DNA of 64,000 bases from the human T2T-CHM13v2.0 reference genome, Homo sapiens. The notes under the pieces are model-generated. The model worked only from the letters and a program-made list of their open reading frames with translations. It was not told where the DNA came from and searched no databases. Position numbers and translations under genes: made by a program. The stretch lies in NCBI RefSeq assembly GCF_009914755.1, contig NC_060948.1; one strand, given 5' to 3'. Positions 1 to 14,074 of this stretch are shown here, piece by piece; position 1 is the first letter of the stretch; each line of letters opens with the position of its first letter.

Positions 1-2501
1 CGCCATGTTTCATTTTCCTGTGGCCAAGCCCAAGAGAGACACTATCCAGTCCTGTCTGCAGGGCCCCTTGAATTTACCTAGAATTCTCTTCCCAGCTGAG
101 CAGGTGCTTCAAGTTGTGAGGGGGCACTCCTCCATCATCTTGGGATGTCATCCTGGGACATAGAGTGTGAGCAGCAATAAGATCAGACAGGGGTGAGGAT
201 AAAATCTGGCTAGGGGTGGATGGGGTCATGGAACTTCACCCACACACACAAAAAAAAATGAATGCAGATGACACAGAAAGTGCTTCCAACTCCATACCCA
301 CATTCACTTAATTGCGCAAGCAGACCACACCATGGCTCGGTGTTCAGGTGGGAGTACTCCAACATTCAAGGAACATTTGGAGTGTCGGTTTGGGCTATCC
401 TGGCAAACTCTGGATTTCAGGGATTTCATACCCAGAGACAAATGGAAATGGTATGGATTAATGCTGGATGGGATGGGGCTTCTGCAAGCCCTTCTCATTG
501 TGAAGGGGCTCTTTCATTGGGCTGTTGCTGGATGGGACTGCCTCTTGCCACAGATTATTTTGCTGTCAGGGATTTCAAAGAGCAAAAGGGACTTTGGGTA
601 GGCTGGCTGCACTCCATGTTTCAGGTGGTCCTTTTCTCATTGTGTGGGCTGAGGTTGTCTGCACTTTGCAGGAGGCTATTGGGTCCTCTGACAGGAATCA
701 TTGAACACTGCTTCAACTCCAGCACAAGGCAGCTTGTTCTCTCAGCTGAGTCTTGGATTTTTCCGTGCTTTCTTCAGGAATCCACGTGCCTCTCAACAGA
801 ACTACTGGACATAGTTTTCAGGCTTGCCATCACCACAGATGGACTCTGAGATACTGTCTCAACCTCATCTACACCCATGAGAGGTCAGTGCAAGATGTGA
901 GAACACTGCTCCATCTTGGACTTGCCTTTGTTGTGGTTCCTGCCTTCCCCAGAGAGCTCCTGCAAGGCCGAGGATGAAGGGAGGCAGTGAAGTCAAGAGC
1001 CTGTCCGTCTTTTATAGACACCTGCCTCTGGGGTTTCAGGTATGATTCTATCACCCAAAGAACCCTCAAAAATACACCAGAATATATTCCAAACTTCACG
1101 GGACCTGATTCTGGAATACAGCCTCTTTCGGAGAAAGAGTGAGAAATGCAGTTTCCAGGGACCACCTCATGGTTTTGAAGCACATCCATCTCCAGGGGGA
1201 CCTGACCACGGAGAAAGCCTGAACGTGCTTTGAGGTTGAGACTCTTAGGGTCCCACAGTGGGTTTTTGCAGACAGCCTTTTTCCCAATACCAGGCTGTCT
1301 CTGCCTGTACCATTTTTCTCTGTATAGGTAGGCTGACAGCTCTGATAGTCAGGCAGTTGAGCCTGCCTCATGAATGGGAATGAGCATGTCTCAGGGCATC
1401 ATGCCTGATTGTGAGCTCTGGCTGGTGTCACAATGAATGTCACCATTGCTTAGACAAAAGTCCCTGTGGCTGGGTGGAGAAGGAGAACTCCATGGAGGTT
1501 CGTCGGTGGTGGACTGTCACTTGTCTTTTCTGTGGGATCCACGGGATAGTCTGATGAATCTAGGAGATGGCAGAGGTGAGCCAACCAAAAAAAAAAAAAA
1601 AAAGTTCAAGCACAGCCCCAAGAAAAAACTGCAAAATCCCTAAGGATCCAAAAGTATCTGCAGGATTTGTCAGTCCTGCCTAGACGTTGTAGGGGTAAGT
1701 CTTTTTGTAACTTGCCCCACTGTTATTTCTAGGTACAGCCCACCTGTGTTCACTGGAGTTGCTCTCTCTCGGGTAGGACTTCCTGCAGAACCACACAGCT
1801 TCAGGATCTGCCGCGTTGCATGTTTCTGTTACAGTGTTGTGACTCTTGGATGTCTGCATGCGTTTTTGTGGCATTTGTGTGTGGGGGGGTGTGTATGTAT
1901 GTGTGCACCTGTAAGTAGAGTCTACTTAAAGAAATGTGGCTAACACACTACATGGCTTTATTGTTTTGAGTGTCCTAACATTCTGCTGGCCTATATGTGT
2001 GACTCTGCTTGGGCTGCAGGGTTCTATGTTTTTTTCTTTTCTCTTTTTTTTTCTGTGGATCATAAATCCTCAGTGAATTGGGAGGGGGTCCAAGAACCTC
2101 TGGCATCCTAATCAGCTAACACTGCAAAAAAAGAAAAAGCCATAACAAAAAACAAACATCTCCCAGTGTTTCATTGTCTTGCAGCCAACCCAAGGACAGA
2201 CACTAGCAGTACTGTCCACAGGGCCCCTTGAACTTACCTCAAATTCAGTTCCCAGCCAAGCAGGTGCTTCAAGTCATGAGGGGGCACTCCATCATCCTGG
2301 TATTTCATCCTGGGACATAGAGTGTGAGCAGCAATAAGGTCAGATAATGGTGAGGATACAACCTGGTGAGGGATGGATTGGGTTCCTCAACTTTACCTGG
2401 AAGAGAAATGAAGACAGATGACACAGAAGGTGATTCCGACTCCATCCCTGCATTTCCTTAATTGTACAAGCAGTCCACACCATGGCCCAGTGTTCAGGTG
2501 G

Positions 2502-2946
2502 TGAGGAAAGATGCCACCTCTCTTATTGTCTCATAAATCAGAAAAGGAAAGAGGAAGTAAAAACTAAAGAAAGGCAGAAATGAGATCAATAGTCAGAAAG
2601 CTGGCACCACACTCCAGGCCTGGTACTTAAAAATCAACACTGACCTAACCGCTTGTATTATCCATAGATTCCAGACATTGTATGAGGAAGAATTGTCAAA
2701 GTTTCTGTTCTGTTCTGTCCTGATTACTGATCCATGCAGCCCAGCCACATACTGATGCTTGCTCAATTGATCATGACACTTTCACATGGATCCCCTAGAT
2801 TTGTAAGCTTTAAAATCTGCAGGGATCTCTGTCTCAGGGAGCTCAGTTTTTGAGACACAAGTCTGCCAATGCTCCTAGCCAAATAAAGCCACTTCCTTCT
2901 TTAACCCGGTGTCTGAATGGTATTGTCCATGGCTGCTCCTGCTACA
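2502..2946 (+). mobile_element. HERV-E 5' LTR (LTR2 family)
   Basis: Contains CCACCTCTCTTATTGTCTCATA...ATAGATTCCAGACATTGTATG...AATAAA...CTGCTACA, matching the recalled LTR2 consensus. Homologous to 10101-10549. Confidence 0.85.
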
Positions 2947-2948
2947 TT

Positions 2949-2968
2949 TTTCAGTTCCTTGACTGGAA
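2949..2968 (+). promoter_or_regulatory. Degenerate tRNA-Glu primer binding site
   Basis: TTTCAGTTCCTTGACTGGAA directly after the LTR, compared with the HERV-E PBS TGGTTCCCTGACCGGGAA. Confidence 0.65.
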
Positions 2969-3399
2969 GCAAGGTGATTAGCATAAGGTTGAGGCAGCCC
3001 ATTAGGTGGCTTAGGTCTGCCCTGTGGAGCATCCTTGTGGAGGACTCCATCCAGCTTGAGTGTCATGGATCCTGAGAGAGCTCCAGGGTAGGCAATAGAC
3101 CCAGTGGAATGCCTCACTAGAGCAGTACACAGCAGGCTCCCACAAAGGATTGATGTAGTGGCTGTACACCAGGAAGGAACTGGTACTTGGAGTCTGGACA
3201 TCTAGAACATGGTATGGCTGGTCTTGGGAACTTGGCTACTCCAAGTGGAAGCATGGCCTGATACCCACGGCATGCCTTTATTGGAACTTTGGTTTAGGTT
3301 TTGCTTTTGACTTGGATTGAGTTACTTGATTTAGTTTGAATTAGAGTGTGTGACCTTTACCCTTTCCTTCTTGCAGTGTGACTATTGTCTTTTCTTGGG

Positions 3400-4448
3400 A
3401 GAAAAAAGAATCAGACACGAAGTAAGTCCACCCTGCTAGGAACTATGCTGAAAAATTTCAAGAAGAGATTTAAAGGAAACTATGGAGTTACTATGACACC
3501 AGGGAAACTTAGAACTTTGTGTGAGATAGACAGGCAAGCATTAGAAGTGGGTTGGCCATCAGAAGGAAGCCTAGATAGGTCCCTTGTTTCAAAGGAATTG
3601 CACAAGATAATCTGTAAACCAGGGCACCCAGATCAGTTCCCATACATAGACACTTGGTTATAGCTGGTTTTAGACCCCCTGCACAGTGGTTAAGAGGACA
3701 GGCAGCAGCAGCAGCAGTGCTAGTGGCAATGGGACAGATAGCCAATGAAGGATCCCACTCCACCCGCCAAAGGAAGTCGGCTCCTAAAGTTCTGTCTGAC
3801 CCAATATGAGAAGACTCATGGCAGGAAATGGCACCAACTATGCCCCTGGCATCCTGGAAGGGTTAAAGAAGGGAGCTCAGAAGGCCAGAAATGTTAAAAA
3901 AGTGTCTGAGGTCATTCAAGGAAAAGAAGGGAGTCCAGCACAATTTCATGAAAGACTTTGAGGCCTATTGTATGTATACACCCTTTGATCTTGAAAGCCC
4001 TGAAAATCAATGCATGATTAACACGGCTTTAGGTCATCAAAGCACAGGAGACATTATAAGAAAACTTCAGAAACAGGCTAGGTTTGAGGGCATAAACACA
4101 TCCCTGTTATTGGAAATAGCCAATCAGGGTTTGTGAATAGAGATGCAGCAGGCCATAGAGAAAGCTGCAAAGAAAGCAAGCACCAAGCCAGGTGAAAGGC
4201 TGATCTCCTAGTCACAGCTATTAGAGGGGTCCACCCAAAGGGCCAAGGAAGGGGAGGCCCTGAAAAAAAAAAACACCCAGTTTGACCAACCACACCTGCA
4301 ACATAACCAGTGTGCATACTGTAAAGAAATAGGGCATTGGAAAGACAAGTGCCCCCAGTTAAAAGAGAAACAAAATGACTCTGAGCCAGAGGTCTCAAGC
4401 AAGGATGAAGTGGCCTTGTTTAATTTGGCAGAAGAGTTACTGGACTGA
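3400..4448 (+). pseudogene. gag: HERV-E gag remnant (matrix, deleted capsid, CCHC knuckle)
   Basis: ORF 3385-3663 reads TMLKNFKK..GKLRTLCEID..GWPSEGSLDRSLVSK..PGHPDQFPYIDTWL. CAYCKEIGHWKDKC lies at ~4312-4353. There is an internal deletion near 3850, plus stops and frameshifts. Confidence 0.85.
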
Positions 4449-7400
4449 GGGGAACTGGGCTCAGGTGCTCCCTATGAGCCCATGGTCAGTATGAGAGTCA
4501 GGGGAAAAGACATTGAGTTTCTTGTCAATACTGGTGCAGAACATTCAGTAGTAACCACCCCGATCACCCCTTTATCCAAAAAGACTATTGATATATTCAG
4601 AGCCACAGGAGTCTCAGAAAAACAAGTTTTCTGCTTGCCCCAGACTTGTACTGTAGGGGGGCATGAATCACTATTCATTATGGCCCTTATGGTACACTGG
4701 GAGGAGGAATGGAGACTTTTCTTAACTAAGTCAGGCAAAGAGATAGGACCAGCTCTGGCTAAGTGGTAGCCCAGGGTGTGGGCAGAAGATAAACCTCTAG
4801 GACTGGCAGTCAACCAAGCCACCATACTCATAGAAGTTAATTTTGGGGGTCCAGCTGGTCAGGCAAAGACAGTGCCCAGTCCCCAGACAAGTTATTGAAG
4901 GTAGCCAGGTTCATCTCAAATGCCTCAGAGCCTTTGGAATTATAGTCCCTTGTCAGTCGCCATGGAACACTCCCCTCCTGCCTGTTCCTAAGCCAGGGAC
5001 TGAGGACTACAGGCAAGTACAGGACTTGTGCTTGGTCAGTCACACTACAGTGACTTTACATCCAACAGTACCTAACCCATACACATTGTTGGGTTATTGT
5101 CAGCTGAGGACAGGTGGTTCACTTGCCTAGACCTGAAGGACACCTTATTTAGCATCAGACTATCTCCTGAGAGCCAGAAACTGTTTGCCTTCCAGTGGGA
5201 AGAAAGATCCGGGGTTAGGTGTCACCACTCAGTACACTTGAATCCTGCTTCTCCAAGGGTTTAAGCACTCACCCACCATCTTCAGGAGAGGTGCTGGCTT
5301 GAGACCTCCAAAAGTTCCCCACCAAAGACCTATGCTGCGTTTTGCTCCAGTACGTGGATGATCTTCTGCATGCTCACCCCATGGCAGTTGGGTGTGCCAG
5401 AGGGACAGAGGCCCTCCTTCAGTAGCTGCAGAAGTGTGGATATAAGGTATCAAAGAAGAAAGCTCAAATCTGAAGACAGCAGGTAAGCTACCTGGGATTG
5501 AATATCCAACAGGGGGAACACAGCTTGGGGTCAGAAAGAAAGCAAGTCATCTGCAGCCTATTGGAGCCTAAGACCAGAAGGCAAGTGAGAAAATTCTTAG
5601 GAGCTGTGGGGGTTGTGCAGACTGTGGATTGCAAACTTTGCAGTACTAGTGAAGCTTCTGTATGGGTCTAAAAAGGGGAAGACCAGGAAGCTTTTGAATG
5701 GGGGTCCCAACAAGAGCAAGCCTTTTATGAGTTAAAAGAGAAACTCATGTCAGCTCCAGCCCTGGTTCTGCCTGATCTGACAAAGCCATTTACACCATAT
5801 GTGTCAGGGAGAGAAAAAATGGCAGTTGGGGTTTTGACCCAGAATGTGGGGTCCTGGCTGAGGCCAGTGGCCTACCTCTCTAAAAAACTAGACAGGGTTT
5901 CTAAAGGTTGGTCCTCTTGTTTGAGGGTATTAGCAGCAACTGCCCTGAAAGCACAAGAAGCAGATAAACTAACTCTTGGGCAAAACATGAACATAAAGGC
6001 CCCACATGCTGTGGTGACTTTACTGAATACCAAAGGATATCATTGGCTAATGAATGCTAGACTAAGCAAGTACAAAGCTTTCTCTGTGAAAATCCCCACA
6101 CAATCAATGAAGTTTGTAACAACCTGAATTTTGCCACCTTGCTCCCTGTATAAGAAAGCCCTGTTGAGCATAACTGTGTAGAGGTGTTGAACTCAGCTTA
6201 CTTTAGCAAGCCTGACGTGGGCATCAGTGGACTGGGAGGTATATGTGGGTGGGAGCAGCTTTGTCAACCCACAAGGAGTGAGGTATGCAGGATATGGAGT
6301 GGTAACCCTGGACACTGTCATTGAGGCCAAACTATTGCCACAGAGTACTTCAGCCCAGAAAGCCAAGATCACTGCTTTAATTTGGGTGTGAAAACTCAGT
6401 GAAGGTAAGACTAAAAACATTTACACTGACTCTTGGTATGTTTTCTCAACCCTCCAAGTACATGGAGCATTATATAAAGAAAAGGGGCTGTTAATCTCTG
6501 GAGGAAAGGACAGAAATCATCAGCAATAAATCTTGTAATTATTAGAAGCAGTATGGAAACCCCAAAATGTGTCAGTCATGCATTTCAGGGGACACCAGCA
6601 AGCTTCTACCATGGTTGCTTTAGGGAACTCCAGAGCTGACTCAGAGGCTCAAAAAGCAGCCTCCACCCCTACCAGGCATTGGTCTCAACCCCCCTGCTTC
6701 CTCAGGCACCTGACCTTGTACCTACTTGTTGTAAAGAAGAGAAAGACTTCTTTCAGGCAGGAGAGCAAACAGCAAAAGAGGGATGGATCCAGTTACCAGA
6801 CAGAAGAATAGCCATGCCACAGCTGCTAGGAGGCACAATTGTACTGGCTGTGCATGAACCTACCCCTCTAGTTCAGGAATCACTTAAAAAGTTGTTAGGC
6901 TGGTACTTCTACATATCATATTTGTCAGCCCTTTCCAAAACGGTGGCATGGTGATGTATTATATGCTGACAACAAAATGTGAGGGAGGGTGGAGCAATTC
7001 TGCCCAGCATAGAAGTTTATGGAGGAGCCCCCTTTGACGATTTCCAGGTGAACTTCACAGAGATGCCAAATTGTGGAGGTAACACATATTTACTAGTTCT
7101 TGTGTGTACATACTCTGAGCTGGTAGAGGCTTATCCAACACAAACTGAAAAACCTTGTGAAGTAACATGTGTTCTTCTTTGAGATCTTATTCCTAGATTT
7201 GGACTGCCCCTACGAATTGGTTCAGATAAGTGGACAGTGTTTATGACTGACTTGGTGCAGAAGACAGCAAAGGTATTGGGGATCACGTGGAAACCACATG
7301 CAACCTACTGACCTCAGAGTTCCAGAAAGGTGGAGCGAATTAATCAAACTGTTATAAATAGCTGAGGGAAAGTGTTTCCAGAAACAGGATTGAAATGGTT

Positions 7401-7917
7401 ACAGACTCTCCGTATGGTATTCTTTAAGATAAGATGTACTCCTTCTAAAAGAACAGGATATTCCCCTTATGAAATATTATATCATAGACCCACTCCCATA
7501 TTATAGGGACTCCCAGGCACTCTTCGATAGTTAGGTGAAGTTAAGTTACAGCAACAGCTACAAGCTCTAGGAAAAATTACACAAACAATTTCAGGCTGGG
7601 AAAATGAAAGGGGTCCTATTAGTTTATTCTCCCCAGTTCACAACTTCTCCCCCAGGTGATCACATGTGGATCAAGGACTGGAATGCAGCCCCCTACATCC
7701 ATGGTGTAAGGGACCCCAGACTGTCATTTTGACCACTCCCACCTGGTGAAGGTAGAAGGAATCCCATCCTGGATCCATCACCGTCGTGTAACACCTGCAG
7801 TGCCTGAGACCTGGGAGGTAAGACAAAGGCCAGACAACCACTGCAAAGTGACGCTCAGAAAGACGACAAGCCCTGCTCCAGTCACACTTTTAAGCTGATT
7901 GGTCTACACATGATTGA
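4449..7917 (+). pseudogene. pol: HERV-E pro-pol remnant (protease, RT, RNase H, integrase)
   Basis: Protease motif FLVNTGAEHSV; RT motifs SPWNTPLLPVPKPG and YVDD (5351-5362); connection-domain APALVLPDLTKPF; integrase FQVNFTEMP. Many stops and frameshifts. Confidence 0.88.
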
Positions 7918-7920
7918 ATC

Positions 7921-10076
7921 ATGAGAAAACTCATCGTGGGACTTACTCTCCTTAAAATTTGGACTTGTATAATAAAGACTGATTATACAATGCTTACTGT
8001 GGATGTCTTCCACACTACACGTTTCCCAGTTCATGGAAGAGGATCCTCAAAGAATCCATTGCATGAGTGTTTCCTTCTAAACACTGTCATGTTCCCAAAA
8101 TGGAGGACTGTTCCCTGTGTATTCATCATGTTACTGAGGTATGGAAACAAGTTAAAACAATCTTTCGGTTTATAGATATTTTGAATGCCTAGGAACTTTA
8201 AAAGAAAATTGCCTGTATAACTTCACTCAGATGTGCTATAACACATCTGAATCTCTTATGAACACAGTCTTTGAAATAAGATTAAGAACTCTCCCTTTTC
8301 TAAGTGTTACAAGTAAAATAATAGCTAAAACAGAAGAAAAATGAATCCCCAAACACAAAATCTTAAATTCTGATGCTTGTGTCACCATTAATATTAACCA
8401 TTAATGATAAGGATGTGGCTGTCTTGACTGAGAAAAAAGTTATCCAGCAGAGAATAAGTATATTTGAGTATATTTGCCATGAGTTAGGCCAATGTGATAA
8501 AGCATGTAATTACTGGTCCTGTGTCATTTTGGCTACCTGGAAAAATAATGAAAAATATCCAGTATGGCTTCAGAAAGGAAAGGGTGATTCCTCTTGCACA
8601 AGCAGCCACAGTAACACCTTAGAACCAATAATCACCAGTCCCCTAGACCCCCCATTGGAAATAGGGAAAACATGTAACTCTTGGGATCCATGTAGCTGGA
8701 CAGGATCCTTCAGTAAATATTTCAGTCAGACAAGAGGTCAAAATGTATTCTCACAAACCAGGGTTTCAGACCTTCTGTGATGAATTAAATGTGCCCATAC
8801 CAGAGTTCCCAGGGAAGACAAAGAATTTTTTCCTGCAGTTAGCAGAAAATGTAGTCCATTCCCTCAATGTTTCTTCCTTTTATGTATGTGAGGGAACCAC
8901 TATGGGAGACAAATGGCCTTAAGAAGCCCAAGAATTAGTGCCTACTGATCCAATTCCCGATATGATTACCATCCAGAAGACCCACACTGGCAACTTCTGG
9001 GTCTTAAGAACCTCAATTATTGGGCAGTATTGCATAGCTATAGAAGGAAACAACATCATCCTCCCTGTGGAAAGCTTCACCTGCCTTGGGCAAAACTGTA
9101 TAACAGCACAGTAAAAACAGCCACATGGTGGGGTTCAAACCACAGTGATAAAAATCTGTTTCATAAATTTCCAAAGTTGCAAACCATCTGGACCCACACA
9201 GAGTCTCAGTGGGACTGGACAGCCCATGCTGGACTATGCTGGATATCTGGGCATAGACCCTACACGATGTTACCTGAACAATGGGCAGGTAGTTGTGTTA
9301 TTGGCACCATTAAACCATCCTTTTTCTAACTGCCCATGAAAACACATGAAATCCTGGACTTCCAAGTCTATGCTTCCTGAGAAAAGAGGAGCATAGCTAT
9401 AGGCAAATTGAAATATATTGAGTGGCTCCCTAAAAGGATCATACAATACTATGGGCCTGCCACTTGGGCACAAGATGGCTCATGGGGATACTGAAACCCC
9501 ATTTACATGCTTAACCAAATCATATGGTTACAAACTGTCTTAGAAATAATCACTAATAAAACTGGCAAAGCTTTGAGTCTTTTAGCCTGGCAGGAAACCC
9601 AGATGAGAAATGCTGTCTATCAAAATAGATTAGCCCTCGACTACTTGCTAGCAGCTGAAGAAGGGGTCTGTGGAAAATTGAACCTAACCAATTGCTGTCT
9701 GCATATAGATCATCAAGAGCAAGTGGTCAAAAATATAGTCAGAGATAGGACACACCTTGCACATGTGCCATCATTTTGGCTACCTGGAAAAAGAATGAAA
9801 AATATCAATTGACATTGGTTTGATCCTGGATCAATATTTGGAAAATGGTTTCCAGTGATAGGAAAATTTAAAATTTTTATAGTAGGAAGAAAAATAGTAA
9901 TAGGAACATGCTTATTTCTCCCCTGCTTGCTACTCATACTCCTTCAAATAATGCGAGCTTTGTTACTGCCATGGTCCCCCAAAATGCTTCAGCACCTGTA
10001 TATTACGTGAACTACTATAGATCTGTCTTGCAGGAAGACCTAGGAAGGGAGGATGAGAGTGAGAACTCCCACTAAT
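7921..10076 (+). pseudogene. env: HERV-E env remnant
   Basis: Signal peptide MRKLIVGLTLLKIWT; immunosuppressive domain [19 protein letters not shown] and CX6CC-type GKLNLTNCC in ORF 9507-9812. Disrupted. Confidence 0.85.
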
Positions 10077-10100
10077 AAGTGAGATTCTCAGAGCGGGGAA

Positions 10101-10549
10101 TAAGGAGGGAGACCACCTCTCTTATTGTCTCATACCTTAAAAAAAGAAAAAGGAATCAAAAACTAAAGAAAGGCAGAGATGAATTCAATTGCCAGGCAGA
10201 ACATGCACGGCACTCCAGGACTGGCAGTTAAAAATCAACCCCTCACCTAACCGCTTGTATTATCTATAGATTCCAGACACTGTATGAGGAAGCATCGTGA
10301 AACTGTTTTGTTCTCTTCTATCCTGATTACCAATAGATGCAGCCTCAGCAACATACCCCATGCTTGCTCAATCAATGATGACCCCTTCACAGGGACCCTC
10401 TTAGAGTTGTAAGCCTTTAAAAAGGGTAGAAATCTCTCTGTGGGGAACTTGGTTTTTGAGACAGCTGGCTGATGCTCCCAGCCGAATAAAGTCACTTCTT
10501 TCTTTAAGCCAGTGTCTGAAGGGTTTTGTCCATGGCTTATGCTGCTACA
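10101..10549 (+). mobile_element. HERV-E 3' LTR (LTR2 family)
   Basis: Follows a purine-rich PPT (GAGCGGGGAA), starts TAAGGAGGGAGACCACC and ends GCTGCTACA. Confidence 0.85.
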
Positions 10550-11291
10550 ATGGGAGTATTCCAATGTACAAGGAACATTTGGAGATTTGGATTGCCAATT
10601 GGGGCCATCCTGGCAAACCCCCATATGAGAGCTTTCATACCAGAAGCCAAATGGGAATGAGAGAGATTGATACAATATAGGATGTAACCTCCACACTTGC
10701 CTCTTCATATTCTGACTTACCTGTTCCTCATCAGCCTAGGGTTTCCTGGGTCTGGCTCAGTGTCTTCCTCACTAAACATTTCCCTCTTCATGGAAGGTGA
10801 CTCTCAAAGAATCCATTGCATGAGTGTTTCCTTCTAAACAGTGTCATGTTTTAATGACTGGGCATCTGTGATAATTTTAAAACCATAAGTTCCTGTTACA
10901 GCCACCAACAAGGAGACTCTTGCTCTCCAGCTTTTACAAGAGGGCTGCATGATTCCTGTAGGTGGAGAAGTAGGCAGCCATTTCTGGCTTTTGCCTGGTA
11001 ATCTAGACTCTGTTTCATTCCATCTCCATGTCCTTCCTCATTGTGGAAAGCGTCTTTCACTGGGCTTTTGCTGAGTTGGGCTGCCTCTCACCACAGATTT
11101 ATTGGCCTCCAGGGATTTCAGGAAGGACAAGGGACTTTGGGTAGGCTGGCTGCAACCCAGGTTGTGGGTATTGGTCTCCTTATGGGGGCTGAGGTTGTTT
11201 GCACTTTGCAGGAGGCTTTTGGGTTCTCTGACAGAAATCATTGAACATTGCTAGGACTCCAGAACAAGGCAGCTTGTTTCACTCCTTTCTC

Positions 11292-12177
<886 letters not shown>

Positions 12178-12179
12178 TC

Positions 12180-12197
12180 TGGTGCCCAACACAGTGC
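12180..12197 (+). promoter_or_regulatory. tRNA-Lys primer binding site
   Basis: TGGTGCCCAACACAGTGC immediately after the LTR end, compared with TGGCGCCCAACGTGGGGC. Confidence 0.75.
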
Positions 12198-12346
12198 TCC
12201 CTATATCTCTACAAATCATCCAGTGAGGGAACACCAGAGCGTAGAAAGTGCAGGATGACTGACAAAGGATGTCCGAGTACCTTTTCCCTTCACGCTCTAC
12301 AGGTAAGTGGGGCACTCAGAGAATTCCAGGGCAACCTCAGGAAAAT

Positions 12347-14074
12347 ATGGGTCAGGCTGGAAACAAGTTTGTTAATTACTTAAGCCTGGTGCAGCAGTTA
12401 TTGAGCCATAGAGGAGTAATTATGAGTACCAAAAATCTCATATCTTTTTTCCATCTCATAGAAAAGTATTCTCCTTGGTTCCTGGAATACAGAACCATGA
12501 ATGTAAAAGACTGGGACAAGATCGGACCAGACTTAAAAGGAGCACAACAAGAGGGCCACGATAGTCCCTTCTCCACTTGGTCTGTGTGGTCAGCAATTAA
12601 AACAGCACTGGAGCCCTTCCACACTGAGAAGGAGGAGGAGAAGTTTCAGGGTGACATAAAAAAGTTTAATAATCAGGAGTCTGATAATCAGCACAGTCAA
12701 CCATCACAGTCTAGTTTAAAAAAGGGGGAGAAATGGGAAGGTGTACATACTAACCTCCAAAAACTTATGAAAGAAACAGTTCCCCCTACTGCGCCTTTAG
12801 AGGAAGGTGCAGAACAGCCACCTCCACCTCAGCCTTATGAATTTTTGGAAAGGGAGACTGAGACATGGCTTGCCACTCCCATTGTTTCACGGCCTACCAT
12901 TGACTATGGTAAAGGGAAGCTTCAACAGCCCAACAGCCAATTACGGTGAGGGAATGATCCAGGCTTGTCCACCTGTTAATTATGGGAGAGAAATGCTGTG
13001 AGCCAGTCCAAATACAAATTATGGTGCAGGGGCAATTCAGGCATCCATTTGACAGGCACAAGAAATGGGGGATTTGGATGCTTGGCAGTTTCTGGTAATT
13101 ATTTCTCCAGCTGAGGAGCCCAGAGAACATGCTCGGGCCTGCTGGGAGCCATTTCCTTTTAAAATATTAAAAAGACTTTAAGCAAGCAATTGGACAATAT
13201 GGGCCAAATTTTTCTTAGGTTCATTCTTCATTATAATTTGTGGCTTATAACAGGCCCTTAATACCTATGGATTGGGAGTCATTAGCTCGATCCACCCTGT
13301 CTCCCTCTCAATTTCTCCAATTTAAAACCTGGTGGACAGATGAAGCAACAAGTCAGGCAGGGAGAAATGCTCAGGCCCAACCTCCTATTAATATCACATC
13401 TGATCAATTGCTTGGAATTGGGCAGGCATGGGGTACTGTAAATCAACAGATGGTAATGGGTGATGAGTCTGTTGATCAGCTCAGAACTATACACTGAAGA
13501 TACCAGAAAAAAAATTCATGACCCTGTTACTATTTATCCTTCTTTTAACTCAGTTTGACAGGGTCCAAGGAAGATTTATCCAGATTTTATCACCCCATTT
13601 GCAAGAAGCTGCTCAAAAGACTATTTCAAATTCTTGTGCCAGGAAAGTGATCATTCAGCTGCTTGCTTATGAAACTATGAATACAGAATGTCAGGGAGAA
13701 ATTAGATCTATTAAGGTAAAGGCAGATCTAAATGAGGAAAAAACTGTAAGTGAATATATTACAGCCTGTGATGGCATTGAGGAGCCCTTATATAAGGCCA
13801 ACCTCCTTTCTCAGGCAATGGCTGGACTAAGGGTAACAAAAAACACATGAGTGTTCCCTGGATCTTGATATAATTGGGGACAGATAGGACATGCAAAAAG
13901 AGAGTGTACAAAGAGCCAAAAAAGGCAAAACTCAGGACCAGGCCCTGATTCAAAACAGGGCATTCCCAATTCAGGGTGGGTCACCCTGACCCCAAACAGA
14001 GTATTCCCAGCCCAGTCTATCCCTGCACAAATGCAGAGCAATTGTCCCCCTCCACAGATAAAAGTGGGGCAGTA
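12347..14074 (+). pseudogene. gag: HML gag remnant
   Basis: Matrix reads MGQAGNKFVNYLSLVQQLL...SPWF...WDKIG. Capsid reads PMDWESLARSTLSPSQFLQFKTWW. A decayed zinc knuckle lies at ~13865. Stops and frameshifts are present. Confidence 0.85.

Larger units (their letters stand above)
2502..10549 (+). mobile_element. HERV-E (LTR2-type, class I ERV) provirus, defective
   Basis: Paired LTRs ending CTGCTACA, a Glu-type PBS, gag/pol/env remnants and a PPT before 10101. The 4-bp TSD is GTGG (2498-2501) / ATGG (10550-10553). The array unit resumes exactly across the insertion (TTCAGGTGG|GAGTA). Confidence 0.9.

Noticed and set aside
262-849. 195-aa ORF and similar recurring peptides (LCRRLLGPLTGIIEHC..) in many units
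   Set aside because: They recur because the DNA is repeated. Frames break differently in each unit, this one spans a unit-specific deletion, and no domain is recognisable.
12269-12949. 226-aa gag ORF as a functional gene
   Set aside because: It ends before capsid, and downstream gag has stops and frameshifts.
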